Part shown: positions 1 to 10,075 of the stretch, piece by piece
Numbering within the stretch: position 1 is the first letter of the stretch
How the letters are laid out: every line of letters begins with the position of its first letter
DNA from: an uncultured Nitrososphaerota archaeon
GTDB taxonomy: Archaea > Thermoproteota > Nitrososphaeria > Nitrososphaerales > Gagatemarchaeaceae
Length of the DNA stretch: 64,000 nucleotides
Reading direction: 5' to 3'
NCBI GenBank assembly: GCA_963838925.1
Contig: CAWISW010000001.1
Coordinates: forward strand, 192,001-256,000
The notes under the pieces: model-generated
What the model saw: only the letters and a program-made list of their open reading frames with translations
Told to the model about the DNA's origin: nothing
Databases searched by the model: none
Translations under genes and position numbers: made by a program

Positions 1-2
1 AG

Positions 3-440
3 ACCAACCCGAGCCTCATCCAGGCGGGGGTGCTGTCGCTGTCACAGAGCCTGGGGCTGCTGGGGCAGGTGCCGACGGGCGGGACGCTCATCTTCTCACC
101 CGTCGAGATAGCCGCATGGCTGGGACTGCTCCTTGCTTTCTTCAACCTGATGCCGGCCGCGCTCTTCGACGGCGGGAGGATGGCGCGCCTCGCGCTGGGG
201 GACAGATGGAGCAGGGCGACCACCATCGTCGTGGGGCTGTTCCTCCTGGCGACCGACATGCCAGACTACTGGGTCGTCTTCCTCCTGGTCTTCCTGATGG
301 CGGCCTTCCCCGTACAGGGGGAGACCCTCGACTCGATCTCCGGCCTGTCAAAGTCAAGGAGGGCAGTCTTCGTCGTCGCTATCGTGGTCGGGCTCCTGTG
401 CGTCCCCGTCCCGCAGAGCTTCGTTACCTTCCCGCTCTAG
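3..440 (+). CDS. Site-2 protease (M50 family) membrane metalloprotease, C-terminal part (5' truncated by window)
   Basis: Frame open from position 3; FNLMPAALFDGGR matches the M50 NLxPxxxLDGG motif; several TM segments. Confidence 0.85.
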   Translation, partial: TNPSLIQAGVLSLSQSLGLLGQVPTGGTLIFSPVEIAAWLGLLLAFFNLMPAALFDGGRMARLALGDRWSRATTIVVGLFLLATDMPDYWVVFLLVFLMAAFPVQGETLDSISGLSKSRRAVFVVAIVVGLLCVPVPQSFVTFPL

Positions 441-1540
441 GGGAGGACCGTCTCGCTCGCGCGGGTGACTATGTTGAGCTTCGCCCCCCTGCCAACCGAG
501 GAGAACACCTTCGCCAGGGCCTCCCCGGAGCCGCGCGCGGTCCTGAACCTCAGCTTCCCGCCGGCGTAGAGCTCTGGGAGGGAGGACAGCAGGGTGACGG
601 AGTACCTCTCCTTGAGCTCGGTGACGTACGAGATCTCTTCGAGCCCCTCTACATAGGTGCCCTTCCTCAGGAAGCTCTCCGTCATCCGCCCGGTGAGGTA
701 CATCTGGAGCGCCTCCGAGCCGACGCCGTCCCTGCACTCCGCGACGAGGACGATCTCCCCGCCCTTCCTCACCCCCTTGAGGGCGCCAAGGGCGAGCCTG
801 ATGGCGTGAGACAGTGTGTCGTCATATCCCCTTCCGCCCGCCCCGACCACCAGGCCCTTCGCCTGGGGGACCTCTGCGGTGAGGTAGTGCGCCCGTGCCT
901 GCTTGACCGAGTCGCCCTCTACGATCGAGTAGGGCTCCCCTCCGCGCGTGATGATCGTGGCGTAGTCGACGTTCTGGATGGCGTCAGCCTCCTGCCTGAC
1001 CGCGGTGTAGCTCGGCGCACCCTCGCGGAGAGGCTGTGGGACGTCGCCGTCCCGCTTCCTGTACGCGAGCCTCCTGGCGCCCGCGATGCAGCCCAATGCG
1101 AGGGCTATCGGCGCGTCGACGAACCCGAACAACGGGTCGGGCTCCCCGGTCGAGATCGCGAACTTCCTTCCGGGCCCGGCGATGTCCTGGGAGATCTTCC
1201 CTCCCTTCTCCTCGGACCCGGACGCCGGCTCTCCAGGCGGGCGAAGCCTCTCGACGGCGTCCTTGAGCTCAGGAATCGCGGCCTCGACCTTCCTTGGGTT
1301 GGACGACACGAACTTCAGGCCGTCCTTCGGGACCTTGGCGAGCAAGGCCTTCACGGCCTTGAGCGTGGCCGGCTTTGTGTCGCAGATGAACACGTGCTCC
1401 ACGCCCTTCACCCTCTCAGCGAGCGGGACGACTATCTCGTCGACGTGGGACTCGGGCTTTGGGTCGATGGTCTCCCCGAGGTTCTCCTGCATGAGGGTGA
1501 CGAGCGACTCGACGTCGCCATAGGGGACCCAGATTTCCAT
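437..1540 (-). CDS. LarA (lactate racemase)-like / DUF2088 domain protein
   Basis: N-terminal IWVPYG and C-terminal GGEIVLVAECRDGVGS typical of the LarA fold; stop shares CTAG with the convergent gene. Confidence 0.65.
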   Translation of the reverse strand: MEIWVPYGDVESLVTLMQENLGETIDPKPESHVDEIVVPLAERVKGVEHVFICDTKPATLKAVKALLAKVPKDGLKFVSSNPRKVEAAIPELKDAVERLRPPGEPASGSEEKGGKISQDIAGPGRKFAISTGEPDPLFGFVDAPIALALGCIAGARRLAYRKRDGDVPQPLREGAPSYTAVRQEADAIQNVDYATIITRGGEPYSIVEGDSVKQARAHYLTAEVPQAKGLVVGAGGRGYDDTLSHAIRLALGALKGVRKGGEIVLVAECRDGVGSEALQMYLTGRMTESFLRKGTYVEGLEEISYVTELKERYSVTLLSSLPELYAGGKLRFRTARGSGEALAKVFSSVGRGAKLNIVTRASETVLP

Positions 1541-1643
1541 GACGCGCTTCTATCGCGTGAGCCACGCTCGCCGCGTCTATCAAGCTTTAGTCCCCGGCGA
1601 GGGTTCAGCCACCTTTTAGTATCGCCTCCGGAGACCTCGCTCC

Positions 1644-2270
1644 ATGGTGTGGAAGCGCAGGAAGGAACTCCTCGAAGAGCTGGCGATGGTCCTGGTCAAG
1701 GTCAAGGCCATCCAGTTCGGGACGTTCACCCTCGCCAGCGGCAAGATCAGTTCCTACTACATCGACCTCCGCACCATACCGAGCTACCCCGGCGCCTACA
1801 AGACGCTCACGAACGTCTACGGCGAGTTCCTGAGGCACGAGTTCAAGGAGACGAGCTACGACGCGATAGCGGGAATCCCGACCGCAGGTCTAACTCTCTC
1901 CTCGCCGATCGCGCTCATGCTCGAGAAGCCGATGATCTACGTGAGGAAGGACGAGAAGGACCACGGCAGGGGCAAGCTCGTCGAGGGAGTGACGAGGCCC
2001 GGGTGGAAGGTCCTGGTCATCGACGACGTAATCACGACGGGCGGCTCCATACTCTCTGCCATCGAGGCCATCAGGGCAGAGGGCTGCGACGTGGAGAGCG
2101 CATCTGTGGTCATAGACAGGCTCGAAGGCGGCACGTCCGCGTTGAAGAAGCAGGGCGTGAAGCTCCATGCCATGACCGACATACTGGAGCTGGTGAAGAT
2201 ACTCAGGGCGAAGGCCCTCTTGTCTTCCGAGGAGGCCAACGCGGTCTCCTCGCAGGTCAACAGGCGCTGA
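1644..2270 (+). CDS. pyrE: Orotate phosphoribosyltransferase
   Basis: FTLASGKISSYYIDLR, RKDEKDHG loop, PRPP motif VLVIDDVITTGGS. Confidence 0.95.
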   Translation: MVWKRRKELLEELAMVLVKVKAIQFGTFTLASGKISSYYIDLRTIPSYPGAYKTLTNVYGEFLRHEFKETSYDAIAGIPTAGLTLSSPIALMLEKPMIYVRKDEKDHGRGKLVEGVTRPGWKVLVIDDVITTGGSILSAIEAIRAEGCDVESASVVIDRLEGGTSALKKQGVKLHAMTDILELVKILRAKALLSSEEANAVSSQVNRR

Positions 2271-2370
2271 GGCACTAGTGGGCCGTAGGGTCCTTCTCCT
2301 CTAGAAGGAGATGAGGCGCGCAAGTTATATTCGCTGGGTGAGATGGGTTGAAAGCGGGGAGCCATAGCCT

Positions 2371-2703
2371 TTGTCAGAATCGCACGGTGGAACCGGAAGC
2401 AAGCCTCAGGAAGTGCCGCATGGGCAAGGAGGACTAAGGTCCTCTCCCCGACGCCTGCTGCTTATCGCGGTCGTAATGGTTGGATTCGCGCTGCTGACGT
2501 GGGGTCCCGCTCTGTTCTCGAGGGGAGCGACGACTTTGGCCAGCACCTCGCTTAACTTCCCGGAGATATTCATCCCGGTGTGGCTCACGCTCACCATCGC
2601 CACAGTAATCGTTAGCATGTGGTTCGCGAAGCGCCTCATTGAGGCGGAGAAGTATCGGGACCACGAGACGGCGCCTCAGGGAGCGCCGGCCCACTCCCAC
2701 TAG
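2371..2703 (+). CDS. Small hypothetical membrane protein (2 TM)
   Basis: Two hydrophobic segments; TATA-like TTATAT at ~2325; 3' end overlaps the convergent peptidase tail. Confidence 0.5.
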   Translation: MSESHGGTGSKPQEVPHGQGGLRSSPRRLLLIAVVMVGFALLTWGPALFSRGATTLASTSLNFPEIFIPVWLTLTIATVIVSMWFAKRLIEAEKYRDHETAPQGAPAHSH

Positions 2704-3268
2704 GGGATTCTGCAGCTCTAGCAGCCTCCGCGTTCCTTTGCTGGGCCGTGTCCTTCGAAGGCCGAAGCTCGGCTAAGAACACGAACAGCAGGATCAGCCC
2801 CACCAGGGCGTAGTTCCACGGATAGGGGACGAGCATTGAGATCAGCCCGAGGTAGGGGACCGCCAGGACCACGACCCCCTTCACGCACTCCGGCGGGACG
2901 GGGGGCCACTCGTAGGGCTCGTCCGGGTGGGGGTTGGTCGCCCTGTCGTCTCCCTGCGTTATCAGTCCGGAGCTGGTCACGTTGACGACCCGGTGCACTA
3001 TCGTCAAGCCCCCGGGATTGGGGCAGGTGCCGTATTGAGTGGGCTGCTGGTAGATTATCACCTGGCCGACGTGGATGCTGCTGAAGGGCACCGTCTGGGT
3101 CACCACGAGGTCGCCTATCTCGAGCGTCGGGACCATGCTCTTGCTCACGACCACGTAGACGGGGGACGAGCCCAGCGCGCTCCCGACCGCCAACTGCGCC
3201 CCGATGACGATGATGACGACGATGAGGACGTAGCTGAGCCCCCTGCTCACGCTCTTGGAGAGTTGCAC
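2636..3268 (-). CDS. Signal peptidase I, archaeal/ER (Sec11) type
   Basis: SKSMVPTLEIGD (catalytic Ser), IVHRVV (catalytic His), ITQGDD. Confidence 0.9.
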   Translation of the reverse strand: MQLSKSVSRGLSYVLIVVIIVIGAQLAVGSALGSSPVYVVVSKSMVPTLEIGDLVVTQTVPFSSIHVGQVIIYQQPTQYGTCPNPGGLTIVHRVVNVTSSGLITQGDDRATNPHPDEPYEWPPVPPECVKGVVVLAVPYLGLISMLVPYPWNYALVGLILLFVFLAELRPSKDTAQQRNAEAARAAESPSGSGPALPEAPSRGPDTSPPQ

Positions 3269-3359
3269 GGTCTTTCTTGGGGCGTCCTCCTGAGATTGTT
3301 AAGGATTCCCGATTTCTAGCCGCAAGTCTTTAGAAGGGTAGGGGGCTGCTCGCGCTTCC

Positions 3360-3665
3360 ATGAGGCTCCTGGCCCTCGTCGAAGTCCTAGTGGTGAACGT
3401 GGTCCTCATCGCCCTGCTTATCTGGATAACTGGGGACTACAGCTACAGGGCCGCCTACTGGGGGCCTGAGGGCTTCACCCCGAACATGGTCAGGTACCCT
3501 CTGTTCTACATCACCTCGGCGGTCAGGGGCACCACTCACATCTCGGGCCTCTTCACGGTGGACTGGGAGCAAGTCGTCCTGCTGGTCCTGGTCGTGACCG
3601 ACGGAGTCTACGCGTGGTCTGCGCTCAAGGGAAGCCGGAGGCAGGTGCAACCTCAAGCGCCCTGA
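3360..3665 (+). CDS. Hypothetical membrane protein
   Basis: ATG ORF with two TM segments and genome-like codon usage. Confidence 0.6.
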   Translation: MRLLALVEVLVVNVVLIALLIWITGDYSYRAAYWGPEGFTPNMVRYPLFYITSAVRGTTHISGLFTVDWEQVVLLVLVVTDGVYAWSALKGSRRQVQPQAP

Positions 3666-3746
3666 GGCTCGCTACTCTCGATATCCACACGGGACTTCTT
3701 CGTAACGGTTATATACGCGATAAAGCCAATTTGGCTTGCAACTCGT

Positions 3747-6260
3747 ATGGCAATCAAGAACTACGTAGCCATCTCTATAGCTCTCCTGTTCGTGTTCTCG
3801 GCGGTCCCGACGGTCTACGGCGCGACCAGCGGGATACTCTCCCCCGCCCAGGCCGACTTGCACGGCCCGCGCGTCAACAAGGTGCTCTTCACGGTCATCT
3901 CATCGGACTCGACCCTTTACAACTCCCTTGCGGCGGGCACGGTCCAAGGGGCGGAATGGACGTTCACCACCGGGAGCTTCACCTCCGCACAGGCTAACAC
4001 TAACCTCGGTGCCAACTCCTCGCTCGGATACACCTTCGACGGAGTCGGCTTCAACATGCTGAGGCCAGTGACGAACACCACTGCCTTCCGCAGGGCGATG
4101 GCGTATCTTACCGATTACAGCTTCCTCGAGAGCACGGTGCTCTCCGGAGTGGCGGGAGCCGCACAGCCCGACCTCTTCCCCTGCCTAGCGTACCCGACCG
4201 CCTGCAGCACCTCGATAGCGACCTATCCGCTCTCGATGACCAACGCGGTGAAGCAGCTAAAGCTCGCGGGATTGAAGGAGGGCAACTCGACGGACGTTGC
4301 CTTGAGCGCCATCACATGGCTGTACAACGGGCAGCCCTTCACGCCCAAGTTCATCTACAGGAGCGACGACCCGCTCAGGACCGGAGTCGCAACCTCGCTC
4401 ATCAGCAACGCAAAGGCGATCGGGCTTCAGTTCAACGCGGTAGGGATCGCAGGATCGGCTGCCGGAGGGGACATCTACTCGCCGTCGGCGTCAGCAGCGA
4501 TCAAGACGGGAGTATACAACCCCGCCACGGGCCTAAACTCGCCCCCGGTGTTCAACTACACCGCTGCGTCAACCAGTGACACTTGGGACATGTACACGTT
4601 CGGGTGGATCACGAGCGCAGACTACAACTGGGCGTTCTCCTTCTTCAACACCCAGAACGTAGCGACGTCATTGAACTTCCTCAACTACTACAACCAGACC
4701 ATGGACAAGGACACCAACGCGATGCAGTACGCAACCAGCATCACAGCGGCTCAAGCAGCGGCGCAGAAGGTCGACCAGGACGCCGCGAGCAGCCTCCCGT
4801 ACCTGATGTCCTTCTACCAGAACACGTTGTGGGCTAACTACGTCAACGGATGGACGGGATACGTGAACGTGCCCGCATACGGGCCGGACGCGATAGTCGG
4901 GATATACTACACACTACTGAACGTCCACCCCACAAATGACGCCAACGGTGGGACCTTCAACTACGCAATCCACGAGCCGGCAGACGCGGGAGGAATGAAC
5001 CCGCTCTACAACACGAACTGGCAGTGGCAGGCTGACATCTGGAGCGAAATATATGACACTCCTCTAGCGACGCCACCAGCCCAGACTAACGTGGCGCTCG
5101 CCTACATCAACTGGATGACCACGAGCTACAGCGTCGCGGCCTTCAGCGGAAAGACAGGGACGACCTCAGGCTGGTTCCAGATGCAGGGCAACCAGGGCGT
5201 GGCCAACAACATCGTCTCGGGCGACGTCATCACCTTGAACTTCGACAAGAACATCACTTGGTCAGACAACGTGCCGCTGACCGCCGCCGACTACAACTTC
5301 TCGCTGTACGCGCAGGGCGTCTCAGCACCGCCGACCCTCCCCGACCTGGCGACGCCAGTCTCAGGGACTCTTAGCGGCCCCTCGGGGCTCTGGGCGACCT
5401 ACATCCCACCGAGCAACCCGTACCAGATACAGATCTACGTCAACAGCTCATCGGTCTGGAACATCCCATCCACGATCGTCCCAGTGATGCCTTGGCACAT
5501 CTTCAAGTACTTCAACCCGGACAAGATCGCAACGGCCACTGGCGCGATGGACACGACTATGCCGTACGCAGCTGCCACTGCCAACTCGCAGTGCAGCACC
5601 CCCTGCTCGTTCCTTGGAAAGACCGCAGCCCCGACATGGCTGCAGTACCTGCCCAACCTTGCTGTCGGCTCAGGACCGTTCTGGCTGAGGGCGTTCTCAG
5701 GCACGACCGGAGCGGGAGAGCTCGACAAGAACGTGAACTACTTCAGATCGGCCTGGAAGGCTGAGGCGACGAGCGTGGCCTCGGGAGCTACTTACAACCT
5801 AGCCACGACCATCAACGAGACGATCTACAACGCGGGCACCTCCACGATGGGCAGCGTCCCAGCAGGGCAGACCGGAGCCGTCCCGATCACCAACGCGACG
5901 GGATCGGTGACCGTCATCTCGCCCAGCGGTAGCACGGTGGCGACCATACCCCTCACCGGAGGGACCAACGGGGCGTACACCAGCGCCATCCCGACGACCG
6001 GATGGGCAGCAGGGACATACGAGCTCTGGACGAACGCCACGTTCACGTTCCTTGGCTTGCCCCGCGTATGGACTCAGGCGACCGGGATAACGGTCCCCGC
6101 CTCGAGCACGACCGGTTCGAGCAGCAGCACGAGCTCGACCTCGAGCAGCTCGACGACCACAGCAGCGTCCTCCAGCAACACGACCTACTACATCCTTGCA
6201 GCGGTTGCAGTGATCGTGATCGTCATAATCGCTGCGGCGTTCACGCGACGCAAGCGCTAA
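3747..6260 (+). CDS. Peptide ABC transporter substrate-binding protein (OppA/DppA family)
   Basis: Signal peptide, FNMLRP..FRRAMAY, WSDNVPLTAADY, GSGPF; Ser/Thr linker and C-terminal TM anchor; TTATATA at ~3709. Confidence 0.9.
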   Translation: MAIKNYVAISIALLFVFSAVPTVYGATSGILSPAQADLHGPRVNKVLFTVISSDSTLYNSLAAGTVQGAEWTFTTGSFTSAQANTNLGANSSLGYTFDGVGFNMLRPVTNTTAFRRAMAYLTDYSFLESTVLSGVAGAAQPDLFPCLAYPTACSTSIATYPLSMTNAVKQLKLAGLKEGNSTDVALSAITWLYNGQPFTPKFIYRSDDPLRTGVATSLISNAKAIGLQFNAVGIAGSAAGGDIYSPSASAAIKTGVYNPATGLNSPPVFNYTAASTSDTWDMYTFGWITSADYNWAFSFFNTQNVATSLNFLNYYNQTMDKDTNAMQYATSITAAQAAAQKVDQDAASSLPYLMSFYQNTLWANYVNGWTGYVNVPAYGPDAIVGIYYTLLNVHPTNDANGGTFNYAIHEPADAGGMNPLYNTNWQWQADIWSEIYDTPLATPPAQTNVALAYINWMTTSYSVAAFSGKTGTTSGWFQMQGNQGVANNIVSGDVITLNFDKNITWSDNVPLTAADYNFSLYAQGVSAPPTLPDLATPVSGTLSGPSGLWATYIPPSNPYQIQIYVNSSSVWNIPSTIVPVMPWHIFKYFNPDKIATATGAMDTTMPYAAATANSQCSTPCSFLGKTAAPTWLQYLPNLAVGSGPFWLRAFSGTTGAGELDKNVNYFRSAWKAEATSVASGATYNLATTINETIYNAGTSTMGSVPAGQTGAVPITNATGSVTVISPSGSTVATIPLTGGTNGAYTSAIPTTGWAAGTYELWTNATFTFLGLPRVWTQATGITVPASSTTGSSSSTSSTSSSSTTTAASSSNTTYYILAAVAVIVIVIIAAAFTRRKR

Positions 6261-6342
6261 GCGCCCCTGGCCCTCATTTGAAAAGGGCCGCCGGCGCTCC
6301 CCTTCCTCATTTTATATATCCCGTGAGGGGCGATGATATCGA

Positions 6343-7374
6343 ATGGGACTAGGAAGGTACGTCGCTCGGAGGGGCGTCAACCTCGTGCTCCTCCTCGTCG
6401 TCATAGTCGCCTTCAACTTCGTCCTCTTCCAGATCGTCCCGTTCACGGTCTCCTGCCCGGGGATTAGCTACAACCAGTGCGCCCAGCTCCTCTACGTCCC
6501 TCCCGCGCCCGCGAAGGGAGGGAACGCCTCCGCGATAATAGAGCACGAAAGGGCGCAGGTCATGGCCCAGTTCGGCTTCAACCAGCCCCTCACCACACGG
6601 TTCTACCTGTATTTCGTCAACATGTTCACGGGCCACTACGGGTTCAACATCGGGGGGCTCCTCGGAGGGCCCGTCTGGCAGACCGTGACGGAGCGCGTCC
6701 CCTACACGCTCCTGCTCCTAGGGTCCGCGACCATCGCCGCCTACATCATAGGGATCGGCGTCGGCGTCCTCGCGGCGGCGAAGCGGGGGAAGGTCTTCGA
6801 CATCGGGTCGCTCGCGACCTTCCTCTTCATCAACTCCCTGCCGGTCTTCTTCGTCGGGGGCATCCTGATCATCCTCCAGATACTGCTGGTGAACAAGGCC
6901 TACGTCAACCTCGGGACCCTCACCCTCACGACGTACGGCCTGAACTCGATCCTCCCCACGCTGAGGGCCATGTGGCTGCCCTTCCTGACCCTCACGCTCG
7001 TCAGCATCGGGGGGGTCTACCTCACCATGCGCGCGACCATGCTCGACGTCCTGGGCGAGGACTACATCGTCATGGCGAGGGCGAAGGGGCTCGACGAGAA
7101 CACCGTGCTCTACAAGCACGCCTTCAGGAACGCGGTCATCCCGATAGCCACCCTCTTCGCGCTCTCGATAGGGTTCATCCTGGGCGGGGCGCTGATCACC
7201 GAGACCGTCTTCGACTGGCCGGGGCTGGGCCTCGCGATCTATGTCGCTGTGGTGACGAACGACTTTCCGCTCGAGCAGGCGATGTTCTTCATCATCGCAG
7301 TCACGGTCCTGATCGCGAACTTCGTGGTCGACATCGCATACGGGTTCCTGGACCCGAGGATCAAGACGGGATAA
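6343..7374 (+). CDS. Peptide ABC transporter permease (OppB/DppB)
   Basis: EAA-like loop DYIVMARAKGL; ITETVFDWPGLG. Confidence 0.93.
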   Translation: MGLGRYVARRGVNLVLLLVVIVAFNFVLFQIVPFTVSCPGISYNQCAQLLYVPPAPAKGGNASAIIEHERAQVMAQFGFNQPLTTRFYLYFVNMFTGHYGFNIGGLLGGPVWQTVTERVPYTLLLLGSATIAAYIIGIGVGVLAAAKRGKVFDIGSLATFLFINSLPVFFVGGILIILQILLVNKAYVNLGTLTLTTYGLNSILPTLRAMWLPFLTLTLVSIGGVYLTMRATMLDVLGEDYIVMARAKGLDENTVLYKHAFRNAVIPIATLFALSIGFILGGALITETVFDWPGLGLAIYVAVVTNDFPLEQAMFFIIAVTVLIANFVVDIAYGFLDPRIKTG

Positions 7375-7401
7375 ACAGGGGGACAGGGGTGATGAGCGTC
7401 G

Positions 7402-9006
7402 ATAGCCAGCGATAACGAGCGCCCTCGCAGGAGGCGCGGGCAGGGGGGTTTCGTCCAGGGGGCCAAGAGGAACGCCAGGCTCTTCGTAAAGTCAAAGATA
7501 GGCGTCGTGGGGCTGGCAATAATCATCTTCTTCGTGCTTCTGGCGGTCTTCGCCCCCTTCCTCACGCAGAACAACCCCGTCTTCAGCTACAACGTCTCTT
7601 CGCCGTACTCCGTCCCCCAGTGGGCGACCATCTTCCCCCGGTACAGTGACCTGGCCGTCACGTCCTATCCTGTCGACGCCAACTCCTTCGTGACACAGAG
7701 CGACGTCGCGGCATGGAAGTACTCCGGGGTAGGCTACACCGTCGCTGCCGCGCCGTCGGAGGAGCCTCCCGGGAACCTGACAAAGTACACGGGAAGCCTG
7801 TTCGTGAACGCCTCTGCCCCGTCGACGGTCCTGGGCGCGGCGACCAACCCATACCTCCCCGACGGGCAGACGGTCTTCTCGATGTCACAGACCTTCCAGT
7901 ACACCACCAAGCCTCCGACGAACTTCGTCATCAGCGCGTATGTCGACCCCGTCGTCCTCAGGAACGTCTCCTCGGTGTACGTGAACTTCATGATCCAGAG
8001 CCCTACCAAGAACTACTCCCTCAGCTCGATAGGCTCGTACGCGCTCCGCACCGAGGTCCAGATAGCTCCCCAGCAGGCCAACGTCTGGAAGAACGTGACC
8101 ATCCCCAGCGGCCTCCTGCCTCTATCGGGGCTCCCAGGCTTCGGAGGCTCGTCCAACGCGGCGCAGGCGATCTTCAGTCAGCCTGGGAACTACACGTTCA
8201 CGATGCAGCTCCAGGTGGTCCCCTCGGGGGCGGCGGTCCAGACGTCGTTCTACGTGACGGGGGTCACTTTCCACATCCTCGGGAAGGCGTACGGGATCCT
8301 GGGGACGGACATCTACGGGAGGGACCTGTGGTCACAGTTCGTCTACGGCTCAAGGATCTCCTTGCTCATCGGCGTCCTCTCAGCGGTGGGGGCGGTGGGC
8401 ATCGGGACGCTGCTCGGGCTCGTCTCCGGCTACCTCGGGGGAGGGGCAGACGAGGTCATAGGGAGAGTGACCGACTTCGTCCTCGTCCTGCCATTCCTTC
8501 CCCTCGCGATCGTGCTCGTCTCCCTCTTGGGGCAGAACCCCGTCCTCTACCAGAACATCTACTACTGGGTGATAGCACTCTTCGTCGTGCTCTCGTGGCC
8601 GGGCATAACCAGGATCATACGGGGGCAGGTGCTGACCGTGAAGGAGAGGCAGTACGTGGAGGCCTCCCGCGCGCTGGGGGGCGGCCCGCTGCACATCATC
8701 AGAAAGCACATCCTCCCCAACGTCATGGGGCTGGTCTACTCGCAGACCGCGCTGAACGTCTCAGGCTTCATCATCCTCGAGGCTGCGCTGGACTTCCTCG
8801 CGGTCGGGATCCATCCCATCGGCACCATAACCTGGGGCCTCACGCTGACGAACGCCCTCTCGGACGCGCTCACCAACTCGACGGTCGACTACGCCTGGTG
8901 GTGGTTCCTTCCGCCGGGCTTCGCGATCGCGGCCCTGTCACTGGCGTTCGTCCTGGTCGGCTTCGCCCTCGACAGGATATTCAACCCGAGGCTCCGGGCG
9001 AGGTGA
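7402..9006 (+). CDS. Peptide ABC transporter permease (OppC/DppC) with large extracellular insertion; start uncertain (ATA 7402 or GTG 7507)
   Basis: LGTDIYGRD, YVEASRALG, FNPRLR; frame open from 7396 with a basic OppC-like N-terminal tail. Confidence 0.9.
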   Translation: MASDNERPRRRRGQGGFVQGAKRNARLFVKSKIGVVGLAIIIFFVLLAVFAPFLTQNNPVFSYNVSSPYSVPQWATIFPRYSDLAVTSYPVDANSFVTQSDVAAWKYSGVGYTVAAAPSEEPPGNLTKYTGSLFVNASAPSTVLGAATNPYLPDGQTVFSMSQTFQYTTKPPTNFVISAYVDPVVLRNVSSVYVNFMIQSPTKNYSLSSIGSYALRTEVQIAPQQANVWKNVTIPSGLLPLSGLPGFGGSSNAAQAIFSQPGNYTFTMQLQVVPSGAAVQTSFYVTGVTFHILGKAYGILGTDIYGRDLWSQFVYGSRISLLIGVLSAVGAVGIGTLLGLVSGYLGGGADEVIGRVTDFVLVLPFLPLAIVLVSLLGQNPVLYQNIYYWVIALFVVLSWPGITRIIRGQVLTVKERQYVEASRALGGGPLHIIRKHILPNVMGLVYSQTALNVSGFIILEAALDFLAVGIHPIGTITWGLTLTNALSDALTNSTVDYAWWWFLPPGFAIAALSLAFVLVGFALDRIFNPRLRAR

Positions 9007-9017
9007 TCGAGTAGGAC

Positions 9018-10055
9018 ATGGCGACGACGAACTTCGGCAAGCTTGGCGAGAGCGTCCTCGAGGTCTCCGACCTCAAGATGTACTACACCACGTCCGCGGG
9101 CGAGGTCAAGGCGGTCGACGGCCTCAACTTCTCGGTGAAGCGCGGCCAGGTGCTCGGCGTCGTGGGCGAGAGCGGCTGCGGCAAGTCTAGCCTCGCGCTC
9201 ACGATAATGAAGCTCCTGCCCTCGAACTCGAAGATAGTCTCGGGGAAGATACTCGTGAAGGGCACCGACGTGGTCCCCATGCCCGACTCCGAGGTCAGGA
9301 AGAAGATCAGGTGGAGCCAGGTCGCCATGATACCCCAGGGCGCCATGAACTCGCTCAACCCGATATTCAGGGTGGGTGACCAGATCTCAGAGGCCATCCT
9401 GGCCCACAGCTCGGTCTCCAAGGGCGAGGCTCACAAGAAGGCGGTCGAGCTCCTCTCGCTCGTCGGCATCGACCCCTCGAGGGCGAACAACTACCCGCAC
9501 GAGTTCAGCGGGGGCATGAAGCAGCGGGCGATGATAGCGATGTCCCTCGCCCTCGACCCGACCCTCCTCATCGCCGACGAGCCCACGACCGCGCTGGACG
9601 TGATAGTCCAGGCAGGGATCGTCAAGCTCCTCCTCGACGTCAGGGAGAAGCTCGGCGTCGCGATAATCCTGATCACGCACGACCTCGCCCTGGTCGCGCA
9701 GATGAGCGAGGAGGTCGCCATAATGTACGCAGGGAAGTTCACCGAGTTCGGGAGGAGCATAGACGTGTACCACAACGCGCTGCACCCGTACACCATCGGG
9801 CTCCTGCACGCGTTCGCGGACATCAGGAAGCCCAAGGAGAAGCTCACCTCTATACCCGGCTCGCCACCCGACCTCGTAACCCCTCCCAGCGGGTGCAGGT
9901 TCCGCACCAGGTGCGCATACTCCCAAGACCTGTGCGCGAGCAGGGAGCCCCTCCTCGAGGAGGCCATCCCCGGGCACTTCGTCGCGTGCCACTATTGGAA
10001 GGACATCAAGGACGGGCGCGCACAATCCCACGAGCTGCGGGGGTCGCCCCTTTGA
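9018..10055 (+). CDS. Peptide ABC transporter ATP-binding protein (OppD/DppD)
   Basis: GESGCGKS, FSGGMKQR, IADEPTTALD, Cys-rich C-terminus. Confidence 0.95.
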   Translation: MATTNFGKLGESVLEVSDLKMYYTTSAGEVKAVDGLNFSVKRGQVLGVVGESGCGKSSLALTIMKLLPSNSKIVSGKILVKGTDVVPMPDSEVRKKIRWSQVAMIPQGAMNSLNPIFRVGDQISEAILAHSSVSKGEAHKKAVELLSLVGIDPSRANNYPHEFSGGMKQRAMIAMSLALDPTLLIADEPTTALDVIVQAGIVKLLLDVREKLGVAIILITHDLALVAQMSEEVAIMYAGKFTEFGRSIDVYHNALHPYTIGLLHAFADIRKPKEKLTSIPGSPPDLVTPPSGCRFRTRCAYSQDLCASREPLLEEAIPGHFVACHYWKDIKDGRAQSHELRGSPL

Positions 10056-10075
10056 CCGGGGGAGGATGGACGGCC

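Noticed and set aside
116-2278. Long alternative-frame ORFs (also 7713-9014, 13282-14640, 19830-21317, 23572-25122 and others)
   Set aside because: Arg/Gly/Pro-rich shadow frames produced by high GC3 bias in real overlapping genes
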